Notes under the pieces: model-generated
What the model saw: the letters and a program-made list of their open reading frames with translations, nothing else
Databases searched by the model: none
Told to the model about the DNA's origin: nothing
Translations under genes and position numbers: made by a program
DNA from: Chrysomallon squamiferum
Lineage: Eukaryota > Animalia > Mollusca
Assembly (NCBI GenBank): GCA_012295275.1
Contig: CM022676.1
Coordinates: 3,286,001-3,350,000 of the forward strand
Length of the DNA: 64,000 bases
Reading direction: 5' to 3'
In this document: positions 41,961 to 56,033 of the stretch, one piece after another
Layout: every line of letters begins with the position of its first letter
How positions within the stretch are numbered: the stretch's first letter is position 1

Positions 41961-42546
41961 CGGCGCTGAAAAGTGCCACAAGAAGGGAGTAAGTGATTAA
42001 AAGCCATCGGGATATTTTACTACGTTCTGGATTTACCAAAATGGACGAGAGAACGAAGCTACGTTGTATGTGTGTCAAAAATTTCTACTTGCTGGATCTC
42101 GCTACTGTTAACGCTTACAATTCGCACGCACAGAAAACGCCGTCAACTACACAGTTATATAATAGATATATTTGGATTACCGTTATGGCTGTGTATGATA
42201 TTGTATGTAAGTATAACAACATCCCTAGGTGTACAAATCTAACTGTATGAACACCTCTTATTTGCTTATGTCATAAATCTAAAACTGTGTCTCGGTAATA
42301 GTATTTGTACGTCGTGGGATGGGGTTAACGATCTAAACATTTTGTATTTATTATATATGTGTGTGTAGTAATTACTGCAGTTAACATCTCGACATTCACA
42401 GATATGGAATCCAAGCCAACGCGATGAATGTAACGCTTCACATTCTGGCTGTAACTTAATATACGTTTGCAAATTAAAATTCAGTGCATATGTACTTTAA
42501 GCACGAGGCCTAAGTGGCAGGTTTTCTCCGCTGCCCTCTCACTCAC

Positions 42547-42693
42547 CTTCTTCCTGCATGCGCAAATATACACACAAACGTAAACATGCACGGAGCGATA
42601 AACGAAATGCATTTTTATGTAAAGCAAATGCGCACGCAGACACGCGAGTGAACGTAAACACAAGAATATTTTCATGCACATAAATGAACAGCA
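42547..42693 (-). other. Candidate minus-strand exon, possibly an alternative first exon
   Basis: Consensus donor AAG|GTGAGT at 42547/42546. The 5' boundary is uncertain (ctctacag| at 42693, or a TSS). It contains the NRF1-type motifs TGCATGCGCA (42555) and TGCGCACGCA (42629). Confidence 0.45.
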
Positions 42694-42779
42694 CTGTAGA
42701 GCTGGTATGTATATAAAAAAATACAGAATAAATTTGTTCTTTGTTTATAAATAAATAACAACAACAAACCGACAAATAT

Positions 42780-42811
<32 letters not shown>

Positions 42812-43184
42812 ATAATAATAATTAAAAAATAAAACTGACAATTAGATAAAAATAAGTAAAAATAAAAATTAAAAATAACGATAATAAATAATAGTAATAA
42901 AAATAAAATAAAATAAAATAAAACGATATGACAACAACAACAACAACAACTATAATCCACCACTGTTTGTTGTTGTTTTTTTTGTTTTGTTATTATTTTT
43001 CTTCTTGATGCTTTGTACTTTTACTTCCTTTCTACATACGGCGAGATTAATTAAGCATATCATTTGTGTCTCGCTTCTCCTAACCAGAACAGTTTAATAA
43101 TATTTTACTCGTAGCTGTTGAAAATAATGTGACAAATATCGACATTTCAGCGCAGTAGCGGAGTGCCCGAGTTAAAAATAGAAA

Positions 43185-43218
<34 letters not shown>

Positions 43219-43454
43219 CTTAAAAAATCAAAAAATTAAAATCACTTTTCGCTGGCTGTATACAACCCCGCCAACCACTGTTGTCAGCATCAAAATGAAT
43301 AAATACGTTTGTGCCGTTCACCGAAGGTGCAATAAACACTTCGTTAATATTGAAAAAGTCTCATAAAAAAAAAAAAAAAAAAAAAAAAAAATACTCTCTT
43401 CTGCTTAAGTAACCTCTAAAGATTAAACAAGAGATTTTCTGTTTTTATTTTAAA

Positions 43455-43483
<29 letters not shown>

Positions 43484-43485
<2 letters not shown>

Positions 43486-43690
43486 CGAGTGCTCTCGAGA
43501 TGTTTATATCCCTCCCTGGTTTTAAGAGCACCGCACGGCTATCTTGTTGTACGGGAACAGTCGGCGCTATTTAAAAACTTAGATTACGTCTGCAACGGAA
43601 CCGACGAGCCAGTAACCCAGACGAGACGACCTCCAGACGCCCGTGACTCGCTTTAAGAAAAGGACCATATGACGAACAAGGGCGTATTAT
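43484..43690. promoter_or_regulatory. CpG-rich promoter-like island
   Basis: Sharp local rise in GC and CpG between poly-A and poly-T tracts, with a TATAAA on the minus strand at 43503-43508. Confidence 0.35.
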
Positions 43691-44814
43691 TTTGCAAGTC
43701 TGCAGTTTTACTTTTTTTTTTAAATTTTTTTTTTTTTTTTTTTTTTACTGTTTCCTTTTTCACGCACGATTATTTTATGCAGCATAGCGGGTATCTGAGA
43801 ATAATTAATATGAATAAAAGTGGAAAAAAAGAAAAAAAAAAGGAATAGTAGTATCAGTTATTTATTGTTGTTGTTGTCGTTGTGGTTGTTGTTGTTGTTG
43901 CAGTTCTTACTATTGTTATGTAAAAGTTTGTTTAGAAGTATTAAATAATAATAAATAGTATTTGAATACATAAAGTTCGTTCTTTAAATATTTAGTTAAA
44001 ATATCAATAAATAGAAAATAAATAAATAAAAAACAAATAAACAAATATATTTTATATTATAAGTAAAATGAATTACATTCAGTAAAATATTAGAACACAA
44101 AATTTGCATCTCCACCCTTTTCATTGAAAACAAACAAAATAATTTTAGAAAAAGTATAATTTAACTTATTACCATGACAACTACAACGACCATCACAACA
44201 ATCACAAAAACAAAACTAAAGTATTATTAATTATAAAAACCGTCCAGATATTCACAAAAAGTTACTCAAAGTTACTAATATTTTATTTATTTATTTATTT
44301 ATTTATTTAATATATGTTATTTTTTACCTTTATTTTCATCATGTACCTTTGAAGTACTAAAAGGTAAACAATTATATAAATGATATAAATAAATAAATAA
44401 ATAAATAAATAAAAATTAAATTACAGCAGAATATTTTCTATCAGCTGTAGTTTTTACACTGAATAAAACTATTTTAAAACTATGCTAACTTTATTTTTAA
44501 ATCATTCATTGCTACAAAGAATAATCAACATAATTTTAGTAAATAAATATAAAAAAGGCTGTTTGAAAAGTTTTTAAAATAAAGAAACAAACAAACAGAC
44601 ACAAACAAAAAAGAAAAAAAAAAAAAACAGAGAGAGAAACAAATAAACAAGCAAATAAATAGATAAGTAACTAACTAACCAACTAACTAAATAAATAAAT
44701 AAAAATCAAGTGCTGTGTAATGCGACATGGCATATAGTCCCTTTCTTCAGCTATCGTCTGCTATTCAGGTGCAACGAATGACTCAAACGATAAATTTATT
44801 CGCCAGAATAAATA

Positions 44815-45030
44815 AATAGGCTTCGCGAAATCACCACGCAGTGTTTTAAACGACGCCGCTTGAGAGATAGATATTTAAATCGTTTTATAGTTTGTATATT
44901 TTAAAAATTTAATCCTTTGCGAGTCAGCCTGACCTAGCGCGGGAATGTCGGGCCAAGCCGCCGGCAAAATTAGATATGTTGCCTTCTGGATTAATATTAA
45001 AAACACGCATGCGCAGCTCTCGCGATAATG
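44815..45030. promoter_or_regulatory. Promoter-like island (E2F, NRF1, BANP/CGCG motifs)
   Basis: TTCGCGAA at 44822, GCGCGGGAA at 44937, and CGCATGCGCA at 45006-45015 directly followed by TCTCGCGATA at 45018-45027. Confidence 0.55.
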
Positions 45031-45161
45031 TCATATTCAGATGTGGTGGTTTGAATGAACGTAAAAAATAAATAAAATAAAATAAAATAAAACAAAATAA
45101 AATAAAATGAAATGAAAGAATGTCAGAGTAGCGTGTGTGTGAGAAATTATTTGATGTATTT

Positions 45162-45216
<55 letters not shown>

Positions 45217-45422
45217 AGAAATGTAAGAGACGACAACAAATAAATAAATAAATAAATAAATAAATAAAAAGAAAAACAATAACACATATATACTGAATTG
45301 TTATTTCTAATTATGTATGAATATCTGGTTACGTGACTATATGCATGGATGAGTGAATCTATTTATAATACATATTTATACCTATCTATATCGTACAGAC
45401 TGAATAAGTATTATGGCAATAC

Positions 45423-45424
45423 AT

Positions 45425-45459
<35 letters not shown>

Positions 45460-45464
45460 TACAT

Positions 45465-45547
<83 letters not shown>

Positions 45548-45549
45548 TT
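45423..45549. repeat. (ATTT)n microsatellite
   Basis: Read directly from the sequence. This is the source of the IYLF ORF. Confidence 0.95.
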
Positions 45550-45726
45550 TTCTGTTCTTTGCAACTGATCTCAAATCATTATTGGTTATTGCCAGAATTT
45601 ATTATAATGACTAATTTTAACTCATGAAATTAAACCGATTTTAAAAGATTAAAATTCAAACAGGGATGAGATAAAACAAAAAAGAATATACAAAAGGTGT
45701 TTAATCACTTATTGCAATTTATTATT

Positions 45727-45770
<44 letters not shown>

Positions 45771-45872
45771 TTATTTTTGGATGATTGTTATTTTTATTTA
45801 TTTTCATTCAAAAAAGTATTTTGTAAACAGTTCCACCTGTACCGTTTTTAGAAATTAGTTAATTGTTGATAT

Positions 45873-45913
<41 letters not shown>

Positions 45914-46241
45914 TATTATTATTACAGATCTAATGATAGAATTTATGCAATTTTAAATTTAAATGAGATCTTTAATGACTATGTATAAAGTTAATTATTC
46001 ATTTTGTTATTGTAACTATATCTTAATTTGCAATTAAATACAAAAAATAAAAACAATTTTTAAAATTTATTATTATTATTTTTTAATCAGTTAATTTATA
46101 TTCAAATATAAAACAAATTATATTTTTGGGGCAGTGTAATGTGTTTCAGGGGAGACAACCACATACTAGCATAATTCAATTGCGTCAGAAGTAAGGCAAT
46201 AATACTCTCCCTTAGTTCAATTATGGCTCATAGGAAGTACT

Positions 46242-46330
<89 letters not shown>

Positions 46331-46652
46331 GCACTCACAATCAGTTTTATAATTTTATTATGTTAAAATTTAAACTGGTCTAAATTATCGTAATTACATT
46401 AAAAATGTTTATATTGTTTTGTTTTGAACAATATTCCGAGCCTATGATATTTTCATTTAATATTAAACAGTTAAATAAGAAGTAAACAAATAGTAAACGG
46501 AACAACAACTGGAAATAAAACAACCATTCATTATTCATTACCTTTCATTTTAATAAAACCCGTATTAAATTTATAGTATATTGTTTTGTTATGCTTTTTT
46601 CTTTTTGATAGTTTATTTTGATAGTTTTTGATAGTTTATTTTAAGGTTAGCA

Positions 46653-46691
<39 letters not shown>

Positions 46692-46697
46692 TAGTCT

Positions 46698-46736
<39 letters not shown>

Positions 46737-46867
46737 TTGGGATTTAAAAAATCTCTGGCTTTACACGAAGGATAACGTAACAAAATTCAGAAAAAAATAA
46801 AAATACTAACAATTATACAGTCAGATTCCCTTTTCTTTTTTTTTTTGGTGGTCTTTTTCATTTGTTT

Positions 46868-46918
<51 letters not shown>

Positions 46919-46951
46919 TTTTTTTATTTTATTTTACTATTACTATTATTA

Positions 46952-46998
<47 letters not shown>

Positions 46999-47227
46999 GT
47001 TGTTGTTGTTGCTGTTGTTTTTGTTGTTGTTGTTGTTGTTGCGTTCTGAGGTTTTCTAGTTTTTATTTTATTTTATTTTATTTTAATTAATTAAATAATT
47101 TTTGTTTAATTTTCACAAAAACAGAATTTTTCGACTGTCACTCTTTCGCGACAAGGTCAGTAGATAAAACAAAGATGACATTTTGTTCTTCTCACGTGAC
47201 CTTAGTGGTATAATTATTATTATTATG

Positions 47228-47272
<45 letters not shown>

Positions 47273-47613
47273 TTCTGAATTGAAAGGGTAGTGGAAGTCG
47301 TAACAAATAAATAAATAAATAAATAAACAAATAAACAAAATAACCGACCGTTAATCGTATTTGCCGTAGAAATCTATTTCTTATTAAATATTTCGTGACA
47401 AGAGTTAATAAACAGAAGTTTAAAAATCACAAAAACCTGTTAAATTCAAATTAAACAGAACAAAAAAAAAAAAAAATCATATTTTACAACAGTAAATTTT
47501 TGAATATGATTGCAAGTATTAGTGTACACAAAACGGAACTATTAATAAAACAGAATTTCCTGACCGATCGATTATTCTCATTTGTTATTGTTCATACATA
47601 CATACATACATAC

Positions 47614-47661
<48 letters not shown>

Positions 47662-47782
47662 ATAGATAGAAATATATATATAGATATACGGGTGTATGGT
47701 ATTTAATATTAAAAAACAGATGTATAAAGTAAATGTACAGAAACACCGTGTTTAATATGTTATATGAAGTTAGTAAAATGAA

Positions 47783-47829
<47 letters not shown>

Positions 47830-47922
47830 ACAAGTTAATTTAGCAAATATAAAACTGACAGAACTTAAATAACATATATTTATTTTGTTAATAAAATAAC
47901 CTAATTAAACTGAATAATAATA

Positions 47923-47972
<50 letters not shown>

Positions 47973-48297
47973 TGATAATGATAATTGTAATAACAATAAT
48001 AAAAATAAGTATCAACAATTAAATAATTTCAAAAATTGGTATAGGCGGAACGATTTAAGAAATACTAGTTTTTAGAATTCTAATTCTAATTATTATTATT
48101 ATTATTGTTAATGTTGTTGTTGTTATTATTATTATTATTATTATTATATAAAATTGTTGGATTTTTGTTTTTTGTTTTTTAAGCTAAGAATAAACTGTGA
48201 TATATTTTAGAAATAACAACTACTAATTCAGATTTGAATTAACCTTGCATAGAATGCAAAAAAAAAAAAAAAAAAAAAAAATGCTGAAATACCCATT

Positions 48298-48343
48298 ATC
48301 TGTTACACACATAATTTACAAGTAATCAGCATATTTAAAAGAG

Positions 48344-48374
<31 letters not shown>

Positions 48375-48473
48375 TCTAAAACAGGTATTTTTTTAAACTA
48401 TGTAAATTTAGATAAATGTAACAATGGCATTCACAGATAACGAAAGAAAAGGCTACACCAGGTGATTCATTTG

Positions 48474-48509
<36 letters not shown>

Positions 48510-48636
48510 CACCCTGACTATGTCAAGTTCGTTTTTGTAAAATTAAAAAGAAGAGAGAAAAAAGAGCATGATTTAAACTGATCGTTCTTTTGGCGCCATT
48601 TTTACCGCAGTTTTGTCAGTGTTCTATTCAGCAATA
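48298..48636 (-). repeat. Diverged inverted repeat, copy A
   Basis: The reverse complement aligns colinearly with 55532-55839. By hand, 45 of 53 columns are identical in the core around AAAAATGGCGCCAAAA. Confidence 0.85.
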
Positions 48637-49210
48637 CGAGACAGATATACAGACATATGACTAGATAGTTAGGTAGGTAGGTATATAGGTATACAGGTAG
48701 ATCGGTAGGTAGATAGATAGATATATATATAGACTGATAGATGGATAAATATAAAAAGAGACAGACATATAAATAGAGAGAGAGACAGACAGACAGATAT
48801 ATTGATAGATAAATAGATAGATAAACAGACAGAGAGATGACTGCTAGAGTAGAAATGGACAGAGAAAGTAAGACAGACAGAAAGAAAGATGGATGGATGG
48901 ATGGATTGATGGACGTATAAATAAGAACGACAGAAAATAATAATACCCCCACCCCACATAACTAAATGAAAAAACAGACTGGAATTAAACAGTAACAAAA
49001 AGAAATAAATAAGTAAATTTTTTTATAATTACAAAGAATTAAAATGATATAACTTTATCAAGCTGATTTGTTTCATAACCTAACTGTTATTGGTGTTTTA
49101 TTCTGTTATAAAAAGAATTCATACGAACGAACTGAATACAATTATTTATTATTTAACTTTAGTTTTACATACCATATTTAATTCCTTACGAATAAGTAAC
49201 ATTCTTGTAG

Positions 49211-49246
<36 letters not shown>

Positions 49247-49365
49247 ATATATATATAAACAAATAACCGACATTATGTGCATATTTAAATTTACTAAATT
49301 CGTTATTTTTTTCATAAATATTTATAATATTAATAATAATAGTTATTATTATTATAATTATTATA

Positions 49366-49397
<32 letters not shown>

Positions 49398-49579
49398 CGT
49401 TGATGTTGTTGTTGTCCTCGTTGTCATTGTTTATTTACTGTTACCTTTTAAATTATTATTTAAGTATTATTTTAAAATGCAAAATTCTCAGTTCTATTCA
49501 CATAAGCTATATCTATCTATTTATTTATCTATCTATCTATCTATATCGATAGCTATATCTATATTTTTATATATTCATA

Positions 49580-49656
<77 letters not shown>

Positions 49657-49669
49657 CCTCTCTACTCAC

Positions 49670-49831
49670 CTCAGAAAATTCTCCATTTGAAATGCGGCTC
49701 TACGTATGGTTACAATGGTATTATTTTTATCTGTCTAGACGAGTTCAGCAGACACATACATTGCAGGTGTTTCCCAGACAGGTCTTCTTTTTACCTCCCT
49801 CCGACTTTCAATCTCTATCACGGACTTATTT
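49670..49831 (-). other. Candidate minus-strand exon (162 nt, 5'UTR-like)
   Basis: A poly-T tract plus ctcag| forms the acceptor, and the donor GAG|GTGAGT is consensus. All frames have stops, but the exon ends with a Kozak-context ATG (tcaaATGG, 49686) reading MENFL into the donor. Confidence 0.65.
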
Positions 49832-49836
49832 CTGAG

Positions 49837-49868
<32 letters not shown>

Positions 49869-51005
49869 ATATTAAAAAAATTAATGAATTAATTAATCAA
49901 AATGTTTAATAAATAGAAAATTAATAAATAAATAAATAAATAAATAAATAACACGACTTTAATGAATTAACTGTATTTTGATCATCCATAACAAAAAGGA
50001 ACTTTTTTGCAATAATGATGACGATGATGATGATGATGATAATGATGATGATGACGACGATGATGAAAATAATAATAACAATATTTAATGCAATGCATAC
50101 ACATAATTTGAATAAAACATAAAAACATTTGAGGACGGACACTGAAACAAATGTATTGTTATACACAGTAAATGATAAAACTCATGTACGTGTAACATAT
50201 ACATACATGCACGGACGTTTACGTAAACCTAAGCACCCGAAAATTACATCCGTATCGTCTGTCTGTAAGTCCCACTGTCTGTATGTCTGTTAATTATATA
50301 AGCTCGGTGCAGACAACACAAATGATATAGACGGGTTTTTTTGTTTTTTTTAGGTGGGTTTTTTCTTTTAAATTAATACAGTCTGTGTTTACATAATTTA
50401 TCATTATTACTTATTTGACTTTAGTCATTTATAGTTTAGTTCCTTTTTCTTTCTTTCTTTCTTTCTTTCTTTTTTTTCTTTTCTGTGTTGTTGTATAAAT
50501 TTATCTTTTATTTAAAGTTTTTTGTTAATATAGCAGAATGTGCGCATTTTTTTTTTTTTTTTTTTTTCAAAAACGAGATCAGTTCCGAAATCTAGCGGGC
50601 TTCTACGAAATACAAATATATATTTTTTTGTTTTGTTTTCGTATTTTATTTATTTATTTATTTAACAGTTTTTTAACTCAAAGACTTGCTTTTATTACTT
50701 TTTTCAGTTTGCTTTTCTCGTCTTACTAATTTTTTTTTTAACATTTTATTTCTATTTTTTTCTTTCTTCCCTTTTGATGTTTTTATTTTTAAAATTTTAT
50801 GTTTTATTTTATTAATTTTAATTACTTTATTTTGTGAGTCATATCTAACATATTTCCAAATCTGTATTTACTAACAGTATTACTTAATGTTTCCTGCAGT
50901 ACACTGCAGTTTATTTGTATTCTTTATTTTTATTTATTTATTTTCATGTTTTACTCATTTATTTATTTATTTTATTTTCCCACAAAAATAATGACCATTA
51001 ACGTA

Positions 51006-51101
<96 letters not shown>

Positions 51102-51117
51102 TATTATTATTATTATT
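51006..51117. repeat. 112-bp palindromic AT-rich repeat (AAT)n(ATT)n
   Basis: The opposed tracts join with no spacer at 51061/51062. The arms are 56 bp with one mismatch. Confidence 0.9.
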
Positions 51118-51479
51118 AAAAATAATTTTATTATTATTATTATCTATAATCTTTGTCTATAATCATATTCTATAATCATATCTATAATCATATTCTCAGC
51201 CTAAAGTTACTGTACAAAGATTTAACATTGCTTGCATTTTATTTTCTATCTCTACATTATAATTTATTATCGTTACAAAAATCATAAAATTTAATTTTAG
51301 AAAACAAATTTGCCCCCAAGGATTAGGTAAAAAAACATGCTTGTCTCTATAATATTAATAAAATAAAATATATTTTCTGAGTTATTAAAAACGAATGACT
51401 TGAAATGTATGTGATAAAACATACTATAATGCGTTCTGAACATATACGCTTTAAACATTTTTGTATATACAAATTTTAA

Positions 51480-51514
<35 letters not shown>

Positions 51515-52253
51515 GAATAATAGAATAAAGGCAAAATAAAATAATAAATAAATAAATTTATATATTTTCAATAAAAATGCACTTAGTTTTTATTAATTAA
51601 TTTAGTTATTAATTAAGATATTTATTTATTTATTTATTTATTTATTTATATGCTTAGTTGTTTGTTTCTTTATTTCTTCATTCATATATTATTTATTTTT
51701 GAAATTTATAATTTCCATAGCAAATGAAAATTATTTGTGTTAGTTATATTTTATAACATTTTTGCTAATGCTGAAAAGAAAATGAATGGATAGAATTTTA
51801 TTTATAACATAAACCGCTACAGTTGTAATATCATGACATTTTTAGATCGGAGAAAATAACAATTACAACAGTCAGAATAACGCAACAAAAATTAAATAAT
51901 TAGTTAAAACTAATGATATAATTTTTAAAAATAAAATAGTTATTTACTTTGAAAATAAAGTTAATAGCAAAGACATTTCTTAGATTATTTATGCAAACAC
52001 ATTTTATATATATATTTTTTTAATGAACTATTGAATAATTAAAGTAACTACTACAGTTAAAGTTACTGACGATGATGATAATGATGATGCCGAATGGTAT
52101 TTTAGTTAAGAATGTAATAATTATTCGAAAATAGGGGATGTAAGTATATTTGTTTTATTTAGTAAGAAAAATAAACACAATAAATAAACGGATGAATGAA
52201 TGAACGAACGAACGAATGAATAAATAAATAAAATAAAACTAAAGAAATAATAA

Positions 52254-52295
<42 letters not shown>

Positions 52296-52529
52296 TACTT
52301 TAACAAACAAGAATTTAAAACAAACTGAAAAATAATTAAACAAATTAATTAAAAAATTAACATTTTTAGTGTATTTTTCTCTCTCTTTTTACTGTTAATC
52401 TTTTAAAATAAGGAAAATTAAAAATTTTGTATATTTAATTATGTATATTCAGCTATTTTCTCGAAATATCCACTAGATTAATTTAAAAATATCTATCTGT
52501 TCGTTTAAGTTCTAAAATCTCAGCAGCAG

Positions 52530-52775
52530 ATTGCGCGTTTTTTTGCACACGAATAGTTCGCCTGTCGAGGAGTGAAAAGTCCATTAAAAGCTCGCTTGCG
52601 ATTGGCCGTTCTCTATAAGGCCAGATCTCTGCTTGAAACCGATTGGTTACAGTTTGAATAACAGTGCACCCTTGACCTTGAGGAACTACTTTCTATTGTA
52701 GCCGAATCACGTGGTTTTGATTGATAACTGAAATGGCGCGCAAGAATTTTTGCGGGCGGGAGGGAGGGGGGAGAA
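52530..52775. promoter_or_regulatory. Strong promoter-like motif cluster
   Basis: Two inverted CCAAT boxes (ATTGG at 52601 and 52642), TTTGAA at 52653, TGACCTTGA (ERR/SF1-type) at 52673-52681, TCACGTGG at 52707, AAATGGCGCGCAA (YY1/E2F) at 52731-52743 and a GC box/G-tract at 52752-52771. Confidence 0.7.
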
Positions 52776-53497
52776 TGCTGACTTATCATTTGTGATTGTT
52801 ATTTGCTGACTTATGCTGAGCAAAAGTACTTACTATGCATTGTCTATTTATATACAGTCCGCCTTCGCCTGCTCGATGTATGGTTCTATAAATATGTTTA
52901 TAATTGGCTTATTTCGAAACACAGACACAGCACATTTTGTGTACATATTTTGTAATACTCGTATGCACGATAACGCAATATATTGCATCATTTGATTTAA
53001 TATATCATATCATTGTATAGTGTAGGTATTAATAACACTAAATGTTTTAACTGTTATAGATAACATAATTTTCAATGAATTCCTTTACTCATTTCTTTTT
53101 TTTTTTTTTTTTTTTTTTTCTTTTTTTTTTCCCCTTTTCATTTATTGTTTATTTATTTATTTAATTTATTTACTTTTTTTTATTTTATTTTTTTTTTAAA
53201 TTTTACAAATAGAAACTTCCTGAAAATGTTAAATTAGAGGTTTATGATAATTAACAGAAAATAAATAATTAATTGGGTGAGATAACGGTTGAACGAAATC
53301 GTTAGTTTTAAGCGAATAATACCTGCAACACGAAGGTGCGGTTAGCGGCAAAACGGTGTGTTTTGTTTAATGTACATTTCCGTTAACACATTTACAGTAT
53401 TAGTTACTCTTACGTTAACTGATAATTTAAATATTCCCAAATCACGCAAACACGTCCTGGGCGAAAAACTATTTCCTTAAACAATGAATTGTAGGGA

Positions 53498-53605
<108 letters not shown>

Positions 53606-53656
53606 GTAATAAATAATTAATAAAATAATAAGAACAAAAATAAATAAGAGTAATAT

Positions 53657-53728
<72 letters not shown>

Positions 53729-54543
53729 AATTTGTCAATATTCTGTAATTAAAAAACTGTAAACACAGGAGGAAAAACAACTAACAACAACAACAACAAT
53801 ATAAATAAATATATATATACATGAATATACATCATGAATTAACAGTTAATGAAAAAAAAAAAAAAAATGGGTTACCGTGTTATTAGTTTATTAAAGCATG
53901 AAAAGGAATAAAAAAAAATTTAAAAAAATAATAAGTAAAAAATAAATCATATAATAATAATAATAAAAATTGTGAATGAAAAAATAAACAATTATAAATG
54001 AAGTGTCAGTGAAGAAAGATAAACATTATGACTAACATTGACGTCACAGGAAACAACAAGAATGAAACACTAATTGAAAAAAAATGTAATAATAATAAAG
54101 AAGTATTAATAATACAGTGAAAAAAAAAAATTAAAATTAAAAAATACAAAATAAACAAAACTGAAATAATTGTATCTAAAAGATAAATGGCTAAATATAT
54201 AAATATAATTCAAAATATTTCTTTTCCGTTTTCATAAATTTATAATCTCTCTCTCTCTCTCTCTCTCTCTCGTTTTAAATATATTTCTACATAGTATAAT
54301 GACTAGAAATTATTTCAGCTATGCATTGCTATTTTAGGAACATATGTCTTTTTTTGTGTGTGTGTTTGTATGTTTATGTATTTGTCTGCGCATATTTTAC
54401 TTTTATGGCTTTGACTCCTTATACATATTTATGTTTGTATTTACAAGTGCTTCCCTTACATTTGCGTTCACATTTCTGTCTGTATCTGTGCCTTACATAA
54501 GTATATAAATCTGTTTTTGAGATGGTTCTGTGTATTTACAAGC

Positions 54544-54544
<1 letters not shown>

Positions 54545-54595
<51 letters not shown>

Positions 54596-54606
54596 GACAG
54601 ACAGAC

Positions 54607-54693
<87 letters not shown>
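54545..54693. repeat. Compound microsatellite (AC)n(AGAC)n(AG)n
   Basis: Read directly from the sequence. Confidence 0.95.
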
Positions 54694-54696
<3 letters not shown>

Positions 54697-55130
54697 GTGC
54701 TGAAATAATGATACTATACCAGTGAAACATTAAAAGCAAAATATATTTGTGAACAGAAATAATAGTGGAAAATGAAAAATAAACAAGAACTTAATTAATT
54801 TCATTATTATTACTTAAACTGATAATGAGAAACTGAGTACAGTGTTAGTGTATGTTAACACTGGTGACACTGAGGGGAATGTAATCTGGAAGGTTACAAA
54901 TCCAAAAACATTTGAAATGAAATTTGATAACAGAAATTGGCATGGAGTTTCCTTAGTAACTCCTCCCTCAAAATCTCTCTTACAAATAAACACACCATAA
55001 CATAATGATTTAAAAAACTATATATTTTATCCTTATTATTATTATTATTCGTATTTCTTATTCTTATTTATTTATTTATTGTTGTTGTTGCCGTTGTTGT
55101 TATTATTATTAGTTGTTGTTATTATTATTA

Positions 55131-55200
<70 letters not shown>

Positions 55201-55531
55201 AAATAATTAATATATGCCAGTACACTCAAATATATGGCAAAATATCTGATAATTATTATTATAAAGTACCTCAGACGTGATTGCTTTTATCTATCTATCA
55301 TTTAATTATTGCTAATTTAGTTCTAGCAATTAAATGCTAATTTTAATATTGTAAAGTACATTTATTTTATAATGTAACAGTAGGTAAGTTATATTTCTTT
55401 ATATTTATTTTTATGGGAGTTTGTTTTATTCCGTTTCGTTCTCTTTTAGCTAATTTGATATATTTTTTTTTTTTTTTTTGTTATTTTATTAAAAGAAATT
55501 ATTTTTTTATTTTACGAAATTAATAATGTAG

Positions 55532-55648
55532 ATTGCGCAATACGATTAGACACTCTGACAAAGCAGCTGCAAAAATGGCGCCAAAACGAAGTATCAGATT
55601 TAAATCAAATTTTGTTCTAAAAACAATCTTAAAATACTCAATGTTCTT

Positions 55649-55679
<31 letters not shown>

Positions 55680-55839
55680 CAGAGATTAATAACTAGATAT
55701 AATTTTCATTTTCATTATCTGAAAATTTATCTCAATTGCCGTAGTTTAAAACATATATCTATTTTTAGAATATGTATTTTTATTATCCGTATTATTTCCA
55801 TTTAAGCTGATTTATGTTAACTATATTCTTATAATAGAT
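55532..55839 (+). repeat. Diverged inverted repeat, copy B
   Basis: Partner of 48298-48636. It shares the core, the poly-T tract, the TTTATCT.AATT..TAGTTTAAAA..TTTTAGAATAT block and the GCTGATT block in the same order. Confidence 0.85.
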
Positions 55840-55994
55840 TTTTTTTTTTCTGTCTATCTATCTATCTATCTATCTATCTGTCTATCTACCTATCTATCTA
55901 TAATACTTTTTATTATTTTTATTATTTTAATTATCATATTTTAAATTGCCATATTCTGATTTATTTTTATATTATATATATATATATATATATT

Positions 55995-56033
<39 letters not shown>

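Noticed and set aside
43489-43531. Hairpin GTGCTCT...AGAGCAC
   Set aside because: A ~13-bp wobble-rich stem with a large loop is too short for a miRNA and is not a terminator in this context.
48591-48597. TGGCGCC as a retroviral primer-binding site
   Set aside because: It does not extend into a tRNA 3'-end complement and there is no adjacent LTR end or gag/pol sequence.
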